Positions 1 to 8,370 of a DNA stretch of 64,000 nucleotides are shown piece after piece (positions within the stretch are counted from its first letter, which is position 1; each line of letters begins with the position of its first letter). Under the pieces are notes generated by a model, which had not been told where the DNA came from, made no database searches, and saw only the letters and a list, made by a program, of their open reading frames with translations. The position numbers and the translations under genes were made by a program. The DNA is from an uncultured Pseudomonadota bacterium (GTDB lineage Bacteria; Pseudomonadota; Gammaproteobacteria; Burkholderiales; JALYOK01), in NCBI GenBank assembly GCA_963840785.1, contig CAWJAF010000003.1, forward strand, positions 585,126 through 649,125, read 5' to 3'.

Positions 1-432
1 GCAGCCAGTTTGATGGCTGCGATAAGCCTTGCGCATGCCGCGTCGGACACGATTGCGATTCAACAAATCGACGAGCTGAAGTGGCAAGATTATCCGGGGC
101 TACCGGGCGTGAAGTTTGTCGTCATCGCGGGCAATCCGCGCGAAGCCGGGCCCTATACAATCCGCGCAAAATTTGCGCCGGGCACGATGAGTCGACCGCA
201 CTGGCATCCGGAAGCGCGTTTCGTCACGGTGATGCAAGGCACTTGGTGGGCCGGTGAAGGCGAAGTGCTCGATCCGGAAAAAACAACACCGGTGAAAGTC
301 GGTGGTTTCGCCATTCACACGCCGGGAAAAGTTCACTACGATGGCGCGAAGGACGAAGAAGTCATCGTGCAAATCAGCGGCATCGGCCCGAGCGGAACGA
401 ACATCGTGAACCCCGCGCCGGAAGCGAAATAA
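1..432 (+). CDS. periplasmic cupin-domain protein (5' end runs off the window)
   Basis: The frame of ORF 10..432 is open back to base 1. It shows the tail of a signal peptide (AISLAHA/AS), then a two-motif cupin signature (RPHWHPEARFVTVMQG ... GFAIHTPGKVHYDG). Confidence 0.6.
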   Translation, partial: AASLMAAISLAHAASDTIAIQQIDELKWQDYPGLPGVKFVVIAGNPREAGPYTIRAKFAPGTMSRPHWHPEARFVTVMQGTWWAGEGEVLDPEKTTPVKVGGFAIHTPGKVHYDGAKDEEVIVQISGIGPSGTNIVNPAPEAK

Positions 433-435
433 TTT

Positions 436-1467
436 ATGTACGCGCAAATCGTCGAGACCAGTAAAGTTCGCCCGCTCGAAGAGCTGAGCGACGACGAACG
501 CGCGTTTCAGGCACGCATCGACGCCGACATTCGCATCGAGCCGAAAGATTGGATGCCGGAGGAATATCGCAAAACTTTGATCCGGCAAATTTCGCAACAT
601 GCCCATTCGGAAATCATCGGCATGTTGCCGGAAGGCAATTGGATCACGCGCGCGCCGACGCTCAAACGCAAAGCGATTCTGCTGGCGAAAGTGCAAGACG
701 AAGCCGGTCACGGTTTGTATATCTATTGCGCCGCAGAAACCCTCGGCGTATCGCGCGGCGAATTGATCGAAGCGCTGCACAACGGCAAGGCAAAATATTC
801 CAGCATCTTTAATTATCCGACGCTGACCTGGGCCGACATCGGCGCGATCGGTTGGCTGGTGGATGGCGCGGCGATCATGAATCAGGTGCCGCTGCAACGT
901 TGTTCCTTCGGGCCTTATGCGCGCGCGATGGTGCGCGTATGCAAGGAAGAAAGTTTTCATCAACGCCAAGGTTTCGACATCATGTTGACGCTCGCGCGCG
1001 GCAACGCCGCGCAAAAAGCCATGGCGCAAGATGCGCTGAATCGCTGGTGGTGGCCGGCGGTAATGATGTTCGGCCCGCCGGACGATGCCAGCGTGCATAG
1101 CGCGCAATCGATGCAATGGAAAATCAAACTCAACAGCAACGATGAATTGCGGCAAAAATTCGTCGACGAAGCAGTGAAGCAAGCGGAGTATCTCGACCTC
1201 ACAGTGCCCGACCCCGACCTCAAATGGAACGAAGAGCGCGGCCACTACGATTTCGGCGCAATCGATTGGAACGAGTTTTTCCAAGTCATCAAAGGCAACG
1301 GCCCGTGCAATCGCGAACGCGTCGCCACGCGCAAACGTGCCTACGACGAAGGCGCCTGGGTGCGCGAAGCCGCGCTGGTTCACGCAAAAAAGAAAGCGGA
1401 ACGCGCGCAAGCCAAGCCGCGTAGCGATCGAACTTTCATGCCTTCATCCCTCATCCTTCATCCTTAG
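436..1467 (+). CDS. paaA: 1,2-phenylacetyl-CoA epoxidase catalytic subunit A
   Basis: 343-aa ORF with PaaA-like di-iron motifs ([27 protein letters not shown]). It is followed by paaB-C-D-E in canonical order. Confidence 0.9.
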   Translation: MYAQIVETSKVRPLEELSDDERAFQARIDADIRIEPKDWMPEEYRKTLIRQISQHAHSEIIGMLPEGNWITRAPTLKRKAILLAKVQDEAGHGLYIYCAAETLGVSRGELIEALHNGKAKYSSIFNYPTLTWADIGAIGWLVDGAAIMNQVPLQRCSFGPYARAMVRVCKEESFHQRQGFDIMLTLARGNAAQKAMAQDALNRWWWPAVMMFGPPDDASVHSAQSMQWKIKLNSNDELRQKFVDEAVKQAEYLDLTVPDPDLKWNEERGHYDFGAIDWNEFFQVIKGNGPCNRERVATRKRAYDEGAWVREAALVHAKKKAERAQAKPRSDRTFMPSSLILHP

Positions 1468-1475
1468 GTTCAATC

Positions 1476-1757
1476 ATGCAAGAATGGCCCCTATGGGAAG
1501 TATTCATCCGCAGCAGCAACGGCCTCGCCCATCGCCACGTCGGCAGCCTGCATGCCGCCGATGCCGAGATGGCGATTTGCAACGCGCGCGATGTTTACAC
1601 TCGCCGTAACGAAGGTGTGAGCATTTGGGTGGCGCGCTCCAGCGATATCGCCGCGAGTTCGCCCGGCGACAAAGAGCCGCTATTCGAGCCGGCCAACGAC
1701 AAAGTCTATCGTCATCCGACCTTCTACGAAGTGCCGGACGAAGTGGGCCACATGTGA
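1476..1757 (+). CDS. paaB: 1,2-phenylacetyl-CoA epoxidase subunit B
   Basis: 93-aa ORF with a typical PaaB sequence (WPLWEVFIRS..GLAHRHVGSLHA..DVYTRR). Size and position fit. Confidence 0.9.
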   Translation: MQEWPLWEVFIRSSNGLAHRHVGSLHAADAEMAICNARDVYTRRNEGVSIWVARSSDIAASSPGDKEPLFEPANDKVYRHPTFYEVPDEVGHM

Positions 1758-2504
1758 GTGCGTTGTTCGAATATTTGCTGCGCCTCGGCGATACCGATCT
1801 CATCCTCAGCCATCGCCTGTCCGAATTAGTCGGCCACGCGCCGGCGATCGAAGAAGAACTCGCCATCGGCAATACCGCGCTGGATTTACTCGGCCAAGCA
1901 CAGCTATGGCTGACCCTCGCAGCGGAAATCGCGAACGATGGCCGCGATGCCGACAAGCTCGTTTATCTGCGCGATGCCGGCGAATATCGCAATGTGCTTA
2001 TTGGTCGAGCAACCCAATGGCGATTTCGCTCACACCATTACGCGCCAATTTTTCTTCGATGCGTTTCATCAGTTACTACTTGGCGCGCTGACAAAAAGCA
2101 GCAACGAGCAAATCGCCGCCATCGCCGCAAAGTCCATCAAAGAAGTGAATTACCATCTGCGCCGCAGCCGCGATTGGGTCATCACGCTAGGCGATGGCAG
2201 CGAAGAAAGCCATCGACGCATGAAAACCGCCATCGATAATTTGTGGAGCTATACCGGCGAGTTGTTCGAAATGGATGCAATCGATCGCGAGTTGATCGCG
2301 CACGGTGTCGCGGTCGATCTCGAAACATTGCGCGCGCCATGGCTACAGACCGTCAAAAACACTTTCGACGAAGCAACCCTAAACATCCCGCAAAACGATT
2401 GGGCACAACGCGGCGGCAAACGCGGCGTGCACACCGAGCATCTTGGTTTTCTGCTTGCCGAAATGCAATTTTTGCAGCGGGCTTATCCGAACGCGACGTG
2501 GTAA
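1754..2504 (+). pseudogene. paaC: phenylacetyl-CoA epoxidase subunit C, reading frame broken once as assembled
   Basis: GTG at 1754 overlaps the paaB stop (ATGTGA). The N-terminal part (VSALFEYLLRLGDTDLILSHRLSE...DAGEYRNVL) lies in the frame of ORF 1625..2239. The remainder (LVEQPNGDFAHTITRQFFFDAF...) lies in ORF 1938..2504. The join is near 1995-2000 with a +1 shift. Confidence 0.8.
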
Positions 2505-2536
2505 TGCGCGTTACGAGAACCTCTGCAGCCCAACAT

Positions 2537-2562
2537 GTCATTCCCGCGAAAGCGGGAATGAC
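2537..2562. repeat. REP-like hairpin GTCATTCCCGC-gaaa-GCGGGAATGAC in the paaC-paaD spacer
   Basis: Perfect 11-bp stem read directly. It belongs to the same family as 20482-20554 and 54965-55048. Confidence 0.85.
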
Positions 2563-2588
2563 GACCAATAAATTCGGCGTTTAGCCTA

Positions 2589-3054
2589 ATGCACCCACAA
2601 ATCGGTACCAAAGAAATTTGGTCTTGGTTGAGCGAAGTCCCCGATCCGGAAATCCCGGTCATTTCCATCGTCGATTTAGGCATCGTCCGCGATGTGCGCT
2701 GGCACGACGATCAACTCATCGTCAGCGTCACGCCGACCTATTCCGGATGCCCAGCAACAGCCGTCATCGCCGACGACATTCGCAGCGCGTTGCAGCTCCC
2801 ACGGCCTTAGTAACCTAAAGTTGGAAACGAAATTGTCGCCACCGTGGACCACCGATTGGATTTCCGAAAGCGGAAAACAAAAGTTGCGCGAGTACGGCAT
2901 AGCGCCGCCCTCCCCTCGCAGCGAAGCGATCGCTTGTCCACAATGCGCTTCGAACCAAGTAACAAAAATCAGCGAATTCGGCTCCACACCTTGCAAAGCG
3001 CAATATCAATGCGATACGTGCTTAGAACCTTTTGATTATTTTAAGTGCATCTGA
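2589..3054 (+). pseudogene. paaD: phenylacetate-CoA oxygenase subunit PaaD (PaaJ), reading frame broken once as assembled
   Basis: The N-terminal part (EIWSWLSEVPDPEIPVISIVDLGIVRDV...TPTYSGCPA) is in ORF 2589..2810. The C-terminal zinc-ribbon part (CPQCAS...CDTCLEPFDYFKCI) is in ORF 2692..3054. There is a +1 shift near 2790-2800. Confidence 0.8.
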
Positions 3055-4131
3055 TGGCGCAATTTTATCCACTGAAAGTCACAGCCATTCGTCGCGAAAC
3101 GCGCGATTCGGTCGTCGTCACGCTCGAACCAAAAGACGAACACAAAGCGTTGTTCAAGTTTATCCAAGGCCAATATCTAACGTTTCGTACCACGCTCGAT
3201 AACGAAGACGTACGCCGCACCTATTCGATTTGTTCGGCGGTGCAAGATGAAACACTTCGCGTCGGCATCAAGCGCGTCGAAGGTGGATTATTTTCCACTT
3301 GGGCAAACACGCAACTCAAAGTCGGGCAGACATTGGACGTCATGCCGCCAATGGGGCATTTCTACGTGCCGCTCGATGCCGCGCAGAAAAAACACTACGT
3401 CGCTTTCGCCGGCGGCAGCGGCATCACGCCGATTTTCGCCATCCTAAAAACCACTCTGCTCACTGAGCCGCAAAGTCGATTTACATTGTTCTACGCGAAC
3501 GAAGCATCAAGCACGATCATGTTTCGCGAAGAGTTAGAGGACTTGAAGAATCAATTCATGGGGCGGCTCAATTTGGTGCACATCTTGAATCGCGAACATC
3601 AAGAAGTCGAATTGTTCAATGGCTTGATGACGCCGGAAAAATGCGACTTGCTGTTCAAGCATTGGATCGATTTGAAAAGCGTCGACACCGCATTTATTTG
3701 CGGACCGCAGCCGATGATGATGACCATCAACGCCGCACTCCGCGAGCATGGCCTGAGCCAACAACAAATCAAAATCGAATTATTCGCCACGCCGGAAATG
3801 GTGAAACGCAAACCCAAAGCCGAACTCATCGCAGCAGCAGCGAATCCCGAAACATGCGAAGCGACCGATCATCCTCGAAGGCCGCGCGCGCAGTTTTTCC
3901 GTGAAGAAAAAACTCGAAACCATTCTCGAAGCCGGCATGCGCGAAGGTTTGGAATTACCGCACGCCTGCAAAAGCGGCGTGTGCTCAACCTGCCGCGCAA
4001 AGCTAGTCGAAGGCGAAGTCGATATGGATCAAAATTTCGCGCTGGAAGATTACGAAATCGCGCGCGGCTATATTTTGACCTGCCAGAGTTATCCGGTGAC
4101 GGATAAGATCACCGTCAACTACGATCACTGA
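3045..4131 (+). pseudogene. paaE: phenylacetyl-CoA epoxidase reductase subunit (FNR-like plus 2Fe-2S ferredoxin), reading frame broken once as assembled
   Basis: The FAD/NAD-binding part (RRTYSICS, GGSGITP) is in ORF 3045..4106. The plant-type ferredoxin end (CKSGVCSTCRAKLVEGEV...) is in ORF 3901..4131. Removing one base near 3855-3860 restores ...ETCEATIILEGRARSFSVKK.... The probable start is the ATG at 3054, which overlaps the paaD stop. Confidence 0.85.
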
Positions 4132-4202
4132 ATTGTTCTGATTCTATTCATTGTCTCGGCGATCGAGCCAGGAGCCAATACTGATGCGGCTCTCCAGGCA
4201 TC
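4003..4202 (+). repeat. direct repeat copy 1: last 43 codons of paaE plus about 70 bp downstream
   Basis: Aligns with 5589..5788. The coding part differs at 6 of 129 nt. The downstream part is more diverged and ends in the motif GAGCCAGGAGCCAATACTGATGCGGCTCTCCAGGCATC. Confidence 0.9.
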
Positions 4203-4370
4203 GTTAGATACAATGAAACGCGCGCTCACGTATGAGGGCTATGCATCCTGAAACGATCAACTTACAGTTTCTTCATCAGTCGGAATGTCGCGCTGCACGA
4301 TGCCAGCCGTTGCTGTGCGGCGCTTTCGAATGAACAAACGAAACGTAATTAGTTTAGAACAAATACCTTG

Positions 4371-4398
4371 TTGACGTAATACGCCATTGGCGTATAGT
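4371..4398 (+). promoter_or_regulatory. sigma70-like promoter with an overlapping palindromic operator for the toxin-antitoxin operon
   Basis: TTGACG (4371-4376), a 16-nt spacer, then TATAGT (4393-4398). A perfect palindrome ATACGCCA-T-TGGCGTAT (4379-4395) spans the spacer and the -10. The ATG at 4405 lies 6 nt after the -10 with no Shine-Dalgarno, so the mRNA may be leaderless. Confidence 0.6.
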
Positions 4399-4404
4399 CT
4401 CGCT

Positions 4405-4719
4405 ATGCTTTTCATCGAAACCCGTATCTTTACGCAACAGGCCGCCGAATTATTGGATGACGAAGACTTGCGCGGTTTGCAGAATCTTTTGCTCGAAAAG
4501 CCCGATCGCGGCCCCGTCGTTGCCGGTACCGGTGGTCTGCGGAAATTACGTTTCGCATTGCCCGGCCGCGGCAAGCGTGGCGGTGCACGGGTGATCTACT
4601 ATTGGCAAGACGATCAGGATCGGATTTTCTTTTTCTTGATTTATCCGAAAAGCGCGAAGGACGATCTTACGCCCAACGAGAAAACAATATTGAAGCAATT
4701 GGTGAAGGAGTTATCGTAA
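4405..4719 (+). CDS. RelE/HigB-2-like type II toxin (mRNA interferase family)
   Basis: MLFIETRIFTQQAAELLDDEDLRGLQNLL...GTGGLRKLRFALPGRGKRGGARVIYYW..IFFFLIYPKSAKDDLTP matches the RelE-like toxin family as I remember it. It overlaps the downstream HTH gene by 1 nt (TAATG). Confidence 0.8.
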   Translation: MLFIETRIFTQQAAELLDDEDLRGLQNLLLEKPDRGPVVAGTGGLRKLRFALPGRGKRGGARVIYYWQDDQDRIFFFLIYPKSAKDDLTPNEKTILKQLVKELS

Positions 4720-5066
4720 TGGATAAAGAACTATTTGGGCAGTTAGTACAAAGCATTAAGGAAGCAACCGCCATTGCAAAGGGCAAGGCCAAGCCCTCTC
4801 GTAGCTATGAACTTAAGCTACCAGACGTCAAACGGATTCGTGAGCAAACGGGATTGTCGCAAGGTGAATTTGCGAAATTAATTCGCGTCAGTCCGCGCAC
4901 GTTGGAAAATTGGGAACAGGCTCGACGCGCGCCGACTGGGCCAGCGGCGGCATTGCTGACCATTGTTGCAAGAGTGCCGGATGTGGCGATCAAAGCGTTG
5001 CATGAAACGCCTAAGGCAAAGAAAGCGCTATCGCGTACGTCAACTCGTTTGGCGAACGCTGCGTAA
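4719..5066 (+). CDS. XRE-family HTH antitoxin partnered with the upstream RelE/HigB-2-like toxin
   Basis: The ATG at 4719 lies inside ORF 4602..5066. The motif VKRIREQTGLSQGEFAKLIRVSPRTLENWEQARRAPTGPAAALL is the typical HTH antitoxin of this toxin-first TA family. Confidence 0.8.
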   Translation: MDKELFGQLVQSIKEATAIAKGKAKPSRSYELKLPDVKRIREQTGLSQGEFAKLIRVSPRTLENWEQARRAPTGPAAALLTIVARVPDVAIKALHETPKAKKALSRTSTRLANAA

Positions 5067-5155
5067 AGCAGGCCTTGGGAGAAAAACAAGGCGGCTGGAT
5101 AAGTAAAAAGGTGACGATTATCATTGATTCATCTTGATTAAATACGATTAGCTCT

Positions 5156-5395
5156 ATGACTACACGTGTCCTCACAGCCCATATCCCGATCGACCTTGCC
5201 GAACATGTCGATCAAATCGCCAAGCGAATTGACCGTCCGCGTGGATGGATCGTCAAGCAAGCGTTAACAGCGTGGGTCTCGCTCGAAGAAAAACGCCATG
5301 AGCTTACTTTGGAAGGACTCGCCGACGTCGATGCGGGGCGGGCTGTCGATCATGCCGAAGTCGACACATGGGTGAAGAAGCTCGCGCGCGCGTAA
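5156..5395 (+). CDS. ribbon-helix-helix (CopG/ParD-like) antitoxin
   Basis: 79-aa ORF. The N-terminal RHH (VLTAHIPIDLAEHVDQIAKRIDRPRGWIVKQAL) lies immediately upstream of a ParE-like ORF. Confidence 0.7.
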   Translation: MTTRVLTAHIPIDLAEHVDQIAKRIDRPRGWIVKQALTAWVSLEEKRHELTLEGLADVDAGRAVDHAEVDTWVKKLARA

Positions 5396-5401
5396 TCTTG
5401 T

Positions 5402-5692
5402 ATGGAAGTCAAATGGACGACCGGCGCGCACCGCGATTTAGCTAGGCTTTATGAGTTTCTCGCGCCCGTTAATAAAAGCGCGGCGAAGAAAGTCGTAAAG
5501 CAATTAGTTGACCAAGCTAAACTATTGCATTCGCATCCACTCCTCGGTGTTGAACTGGGAGCCTATGCTCCGCGCAATGTGCGCCAAACTAGTCGAAGGC
5601 GAAGTCGATATGGATCAAAACTTCGCGCTGGAAGATTACGAAATCGCGCGCGGCTATATCTTGACGTGCCAGAGTTATCCGGTGACGGATAA
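5402..5692 (+). pseudogene. ParE/RelE-family toxin, truncated after about 61 codons and fused out of frame to a paaE 3' fragment
   Basis: MEVKWTTGAHRDLARLYEFLAPVN...LLHSHPLLGVELGAYAPRNVR is ParE-like. From about 5580 onward the ORF reads a wrong frame of the duplicated paaE end (RRRSRYGSKLRAGRLRNRARLY, the same peptide as the tail of ORF 3045..4106). Confidence 0.75.
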
Positions 5693-5788
5693 GATTACCG
5701 TCAACTACGATCATTAAGCTCTCTTGATCCTATTCATTTCCTAGGTGATTGAGCCAGGAGCCAATATTGATGCGGCTCTCCCGGCATT
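5589..5788 (+). repeat. direct repeat copy 2: orphan paaE 3' fragment (5589-5717) plus downstream REP-like motif
   Basis: Encodes LVEGEVDMDQNFALEDYEIARGYILTCQSYPVTDKITVNYDH*, identical in protein to the real paaE end. There is no upstream paaE body. Confidence 0.9.
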
Positions 5789-5972
5789 GATGGATAGGAT
5801 AATACGTGCAAACATAAGCGAGATTCCTGTCAAAATCAGGGTGATCGAATTACTTGCGGGGTATTCCGGGGCGTCAAATTATCTTAATTAAGCCGCTCCT
5901 TTCGAAGTCAATCTTTAACACAACAATAACCAGCCGGTGTAGCCTTCAGCGCAAATCCGATCAACAACATCG

Positions 5973-6710
5973 TTAGATTCCACGCTTGTAACGAATATTT
6001 TTGACAAGCGTGGGATCATAGGGAACTATCTGCTCGATTGGTTCGCCCCGAACAGTGGCAAGGTGTTCGCTCCATCCTCGAAACAGACTCAATAGAAAAT
6101 CTTCTTCGATATGTGGAATATTATCGCGGCTTGCATTTACCCAAAATAGGGTCGGCTTTTGAGTCAACGGAGAGGATGCAAGCATATTGACTGTGCAATA
6201 AACGACCGAATTGATGTGGCGAAAGTTGTTTCCAAGGATTCGATTGATGAGATAGAGAGCTGCATCCGCTTCTAAAGCATAGTTACCATCGTTCACCACT
6301 ATCAAAAGCCCCTTTCCGCCTTCATTTCCCAGTCGGCTCAGCGTCGCCTTGATTTGTTTATTGGCCTTGACTATTCGTCTTTGAATGGCGGCCTTGAAGA
6401 TATCCATCAGCTCACGCTGACAATGCTCCGGCAATGTATTCGATTCAACTTTGACCGTCCCGTATATCGGCCCGATAACGCCTTCGTCCATCCATCGATG
6501 AAATTTTTCATTGATCCTGCGTTGAATATTTTCGTCCTCGGACTTGTTTTCGACTAGACGTTTAAGCTCGGCAACAACACCGACTGATTCGAATAAATAA
6601 TCGGCGTTACGAAAATCTGGCGATGAGCCCACAATATCCTCAACAACTTTGCCGCCATAACTCCTTACGAAGTCAGAAAAAGCAGTTTCTACGTCGACGT
6701 TTTGCAACAT
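5973..6710 (-). CDS. hypothetical protein with a PD-(D/E)xK-like nuclease motif near the N terminus
   Basis: 245-aa ORF in a visibly AT-richer stretch. The segment SSPDFRNADYLFESVGVVAELKRL fits the pattern (P)D-x(10-15)-E-x-K. I recognise no other family. Confidence 0.5.
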   Translation of the reverse strand: MLQNVDVETAFSDFVRSYGGKVVEDIVGSSPDFRNADYLFESVGVVAELKRLVENKSEDENIQRRINEKFHRWMDEGVIGPIYGTVKVESNTLPEHCQRELMDIFKAAIQRRIVKANKQIKATLSRLGNEGGKGLLIVVNDGNYALEADAALYLINRILGNNFRHINSVVYCTVNMLASSPLTQKPTLFWVNASRDNIPHIEEDFLLSLFRGWSEHLATVRGEPIEQIVPYDPTLVKNIRYKRGI

Positions 6711-6869
6711 CAGGGCCAGCGGGATCTAGATTTTGAATTATGCGGCACAGAGCGTCACTTGGGAATGCAAGACATCTCACGGCTTGTGGGCACGCTACTC
6801 TTTCCACGCCTTACAGTTCCTGATATCCGTAACGCCTCGCAAAGTAAACACTTCATTGCAATCAATATC

Positions 6870-6925
6870 GAGCCAGAAGCCAATGGCCCGAGGCCAGCCG
6901 CTATTCATGCGGATCTTCAGGTATC
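6870..6925. repeat. third copy of the GAGCCAGRAGCCAAT...ATGCGGNTCTYCAGGYATC element, followed by CAATGAAACGCGCGCTC
   Basis: Read by eye against 4165-4232. The 17-nt CAATGAAACGCGCGCTC occurs at both 4214-4230 and 6934-6950. Confidence 0.7.
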
Positions 6926-7029
6926 TCGAATGCAATGAAACGCGCGCTCGTGTACAAGGAATTTAGTGCATACTAGGGATTCAATACGAGAATTGCCAAT
7001 TTGCGGCGTTCGATATTCGCGAGATGTCG

Positions 7030-8320
7030 TCAGGCAGGCGTTCCTTTGCTCGATTCCATACGATGTTCCTGCCGATGCTGCGCATAGCCGAGCCAAACCC
7101 CGAGCGCCATCCAAGCTGCGGCGAGCGGCAGCGCTACACTGGTGAGGGCCACCAATCCTAATCCCAGTTGTTTGAGCAAGCCTTCAATCTGTGCGCCGGC
7201 GACGTCGCCCACGCGATAGACGAACGTGTCTATGACTGCCTTCGCCTTGTAACGATCGGTGCGCGGTACGATCGTAAAGAGTGTCTCGCGCGATGGCCGC
7301 ATGATGCCGCGCTGCACCGCTTTGAACGTCGCCTCAAACGCGATCAGCGCCACGATCGAGCCGACCATAGCGAGGCCGATGAATCCCAGCATGGTGGTGA
7401 GCGGCAGCAGCGCGAGGGTGACCGGCACGCCGATGCGTTTCATCAGATGCCCGGTAACAAACGCCTGCAGCAGCAGTGTCGCGACCTGCGTGATCATGTC
7501 GATACGGGCGAACATTGCCGTGCGCATATCGATATCGGTGCCGAGTGCCGCCACCATTTGCAGGCGCGTGAAATACAGAAACGTTGACATCACCGCGACG
7601 ATCAGCACGTAGCCGCAGATCGCGAGCATATATGGCGAGCGGACCACGGCCTGCAGTCCTTCCCATGCGCTGCCGCCGATCAGGGATTCCTTCAGCCGGC
7701 GCTTGGCCTTCCTCCGGACGCAAGCGCGCGAGCCACGCGGCCGCCACCAGCGCCAGCACGAGGAATGCAGCGGCCACGACTAGCAGCGCCGGCGTGCCCA
7801 ACGGCTTCGCGAGTTGGCTCGCCAGCCAGGGGCCGAAGATCGCACCGAGCGTGCCGCCCACCGCGATGGCGCCGAACAGGCGCTTGGCCTGCTCAAGCGT
7901 AAAGCGGTCCGCCATCAGCGCCCAAAACAGCATCACCGCGAACAGGTTGAAGACGCTGAACCACACGTAGAAAACCTGGCCGCTCGTTTGACCGGCGCTT
8001 TTCGGAGCGAGCACGAGCAGCAGGTAAAAGGCGACCAGGCCGAATGCAAAGAAGAGATAGGTAACGTTGACGAAGACTATGCGCCGGAAGCGGCTCACCA
8101 GCCATCCGAACATCGGATTGACTAGCAGCGTCACCAGCACCGTACCGATGAAAAGCCAGCGAATCGCCTCGATGCCGCGCTGCATGCCGAGTGCCTCGCG
8201 CGCCGGGCGTACCACCATGAGTGCGGTGAGCACGCAGAAAAAAAACAGGCTTGCGGCGAATACGGGGAGCACCTCTTCGCGGCGGATGTTGGCGAAGTGC
8301 TGTAGTGGGGTGTTAGTCAT
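7030..8320 (-). pseudogene. TLC/Npt-like (ATP:ADP antiporter family) MFS transporter, reading frame broken once as assembled
   Basis: The N-terminal half from the ATG at 8320 (MTNTPLQHF...VWFSVFNLFAVMLFWALMADRFTLEQAKRLFGAIAVGG) is in ORF 7334..8398. The C-terminal half (KESLIGGSAWEGLQAVVRSPYMLAI...) is in the frame of ORF 7030..7647. The join is near 7700-7725. Confidence 0.6.
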
Positions 8321-8370
8321 GGTAAGGCTTGGCTTTGGTTGAGAAAGCGAACACGCAATAAATAAGCGCG

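Noticed and set aside
100-1410. 436-aa ORF on the minus strand, the longest ORF in the first 1.5 kb
   Set aside because: It lies exactly antisense to a confidently recognised paaA. Its composition is Arg/Ala/His-rich with no motif. This is a typical shadow ORF of GC-rich coding DNA.
4132-7029. Islet as an intact integrative element
   Set aside because: I looked on both strands for integrase, transposase or recombinase-like ORFs and found none. At most it is a remnant or recombination product.
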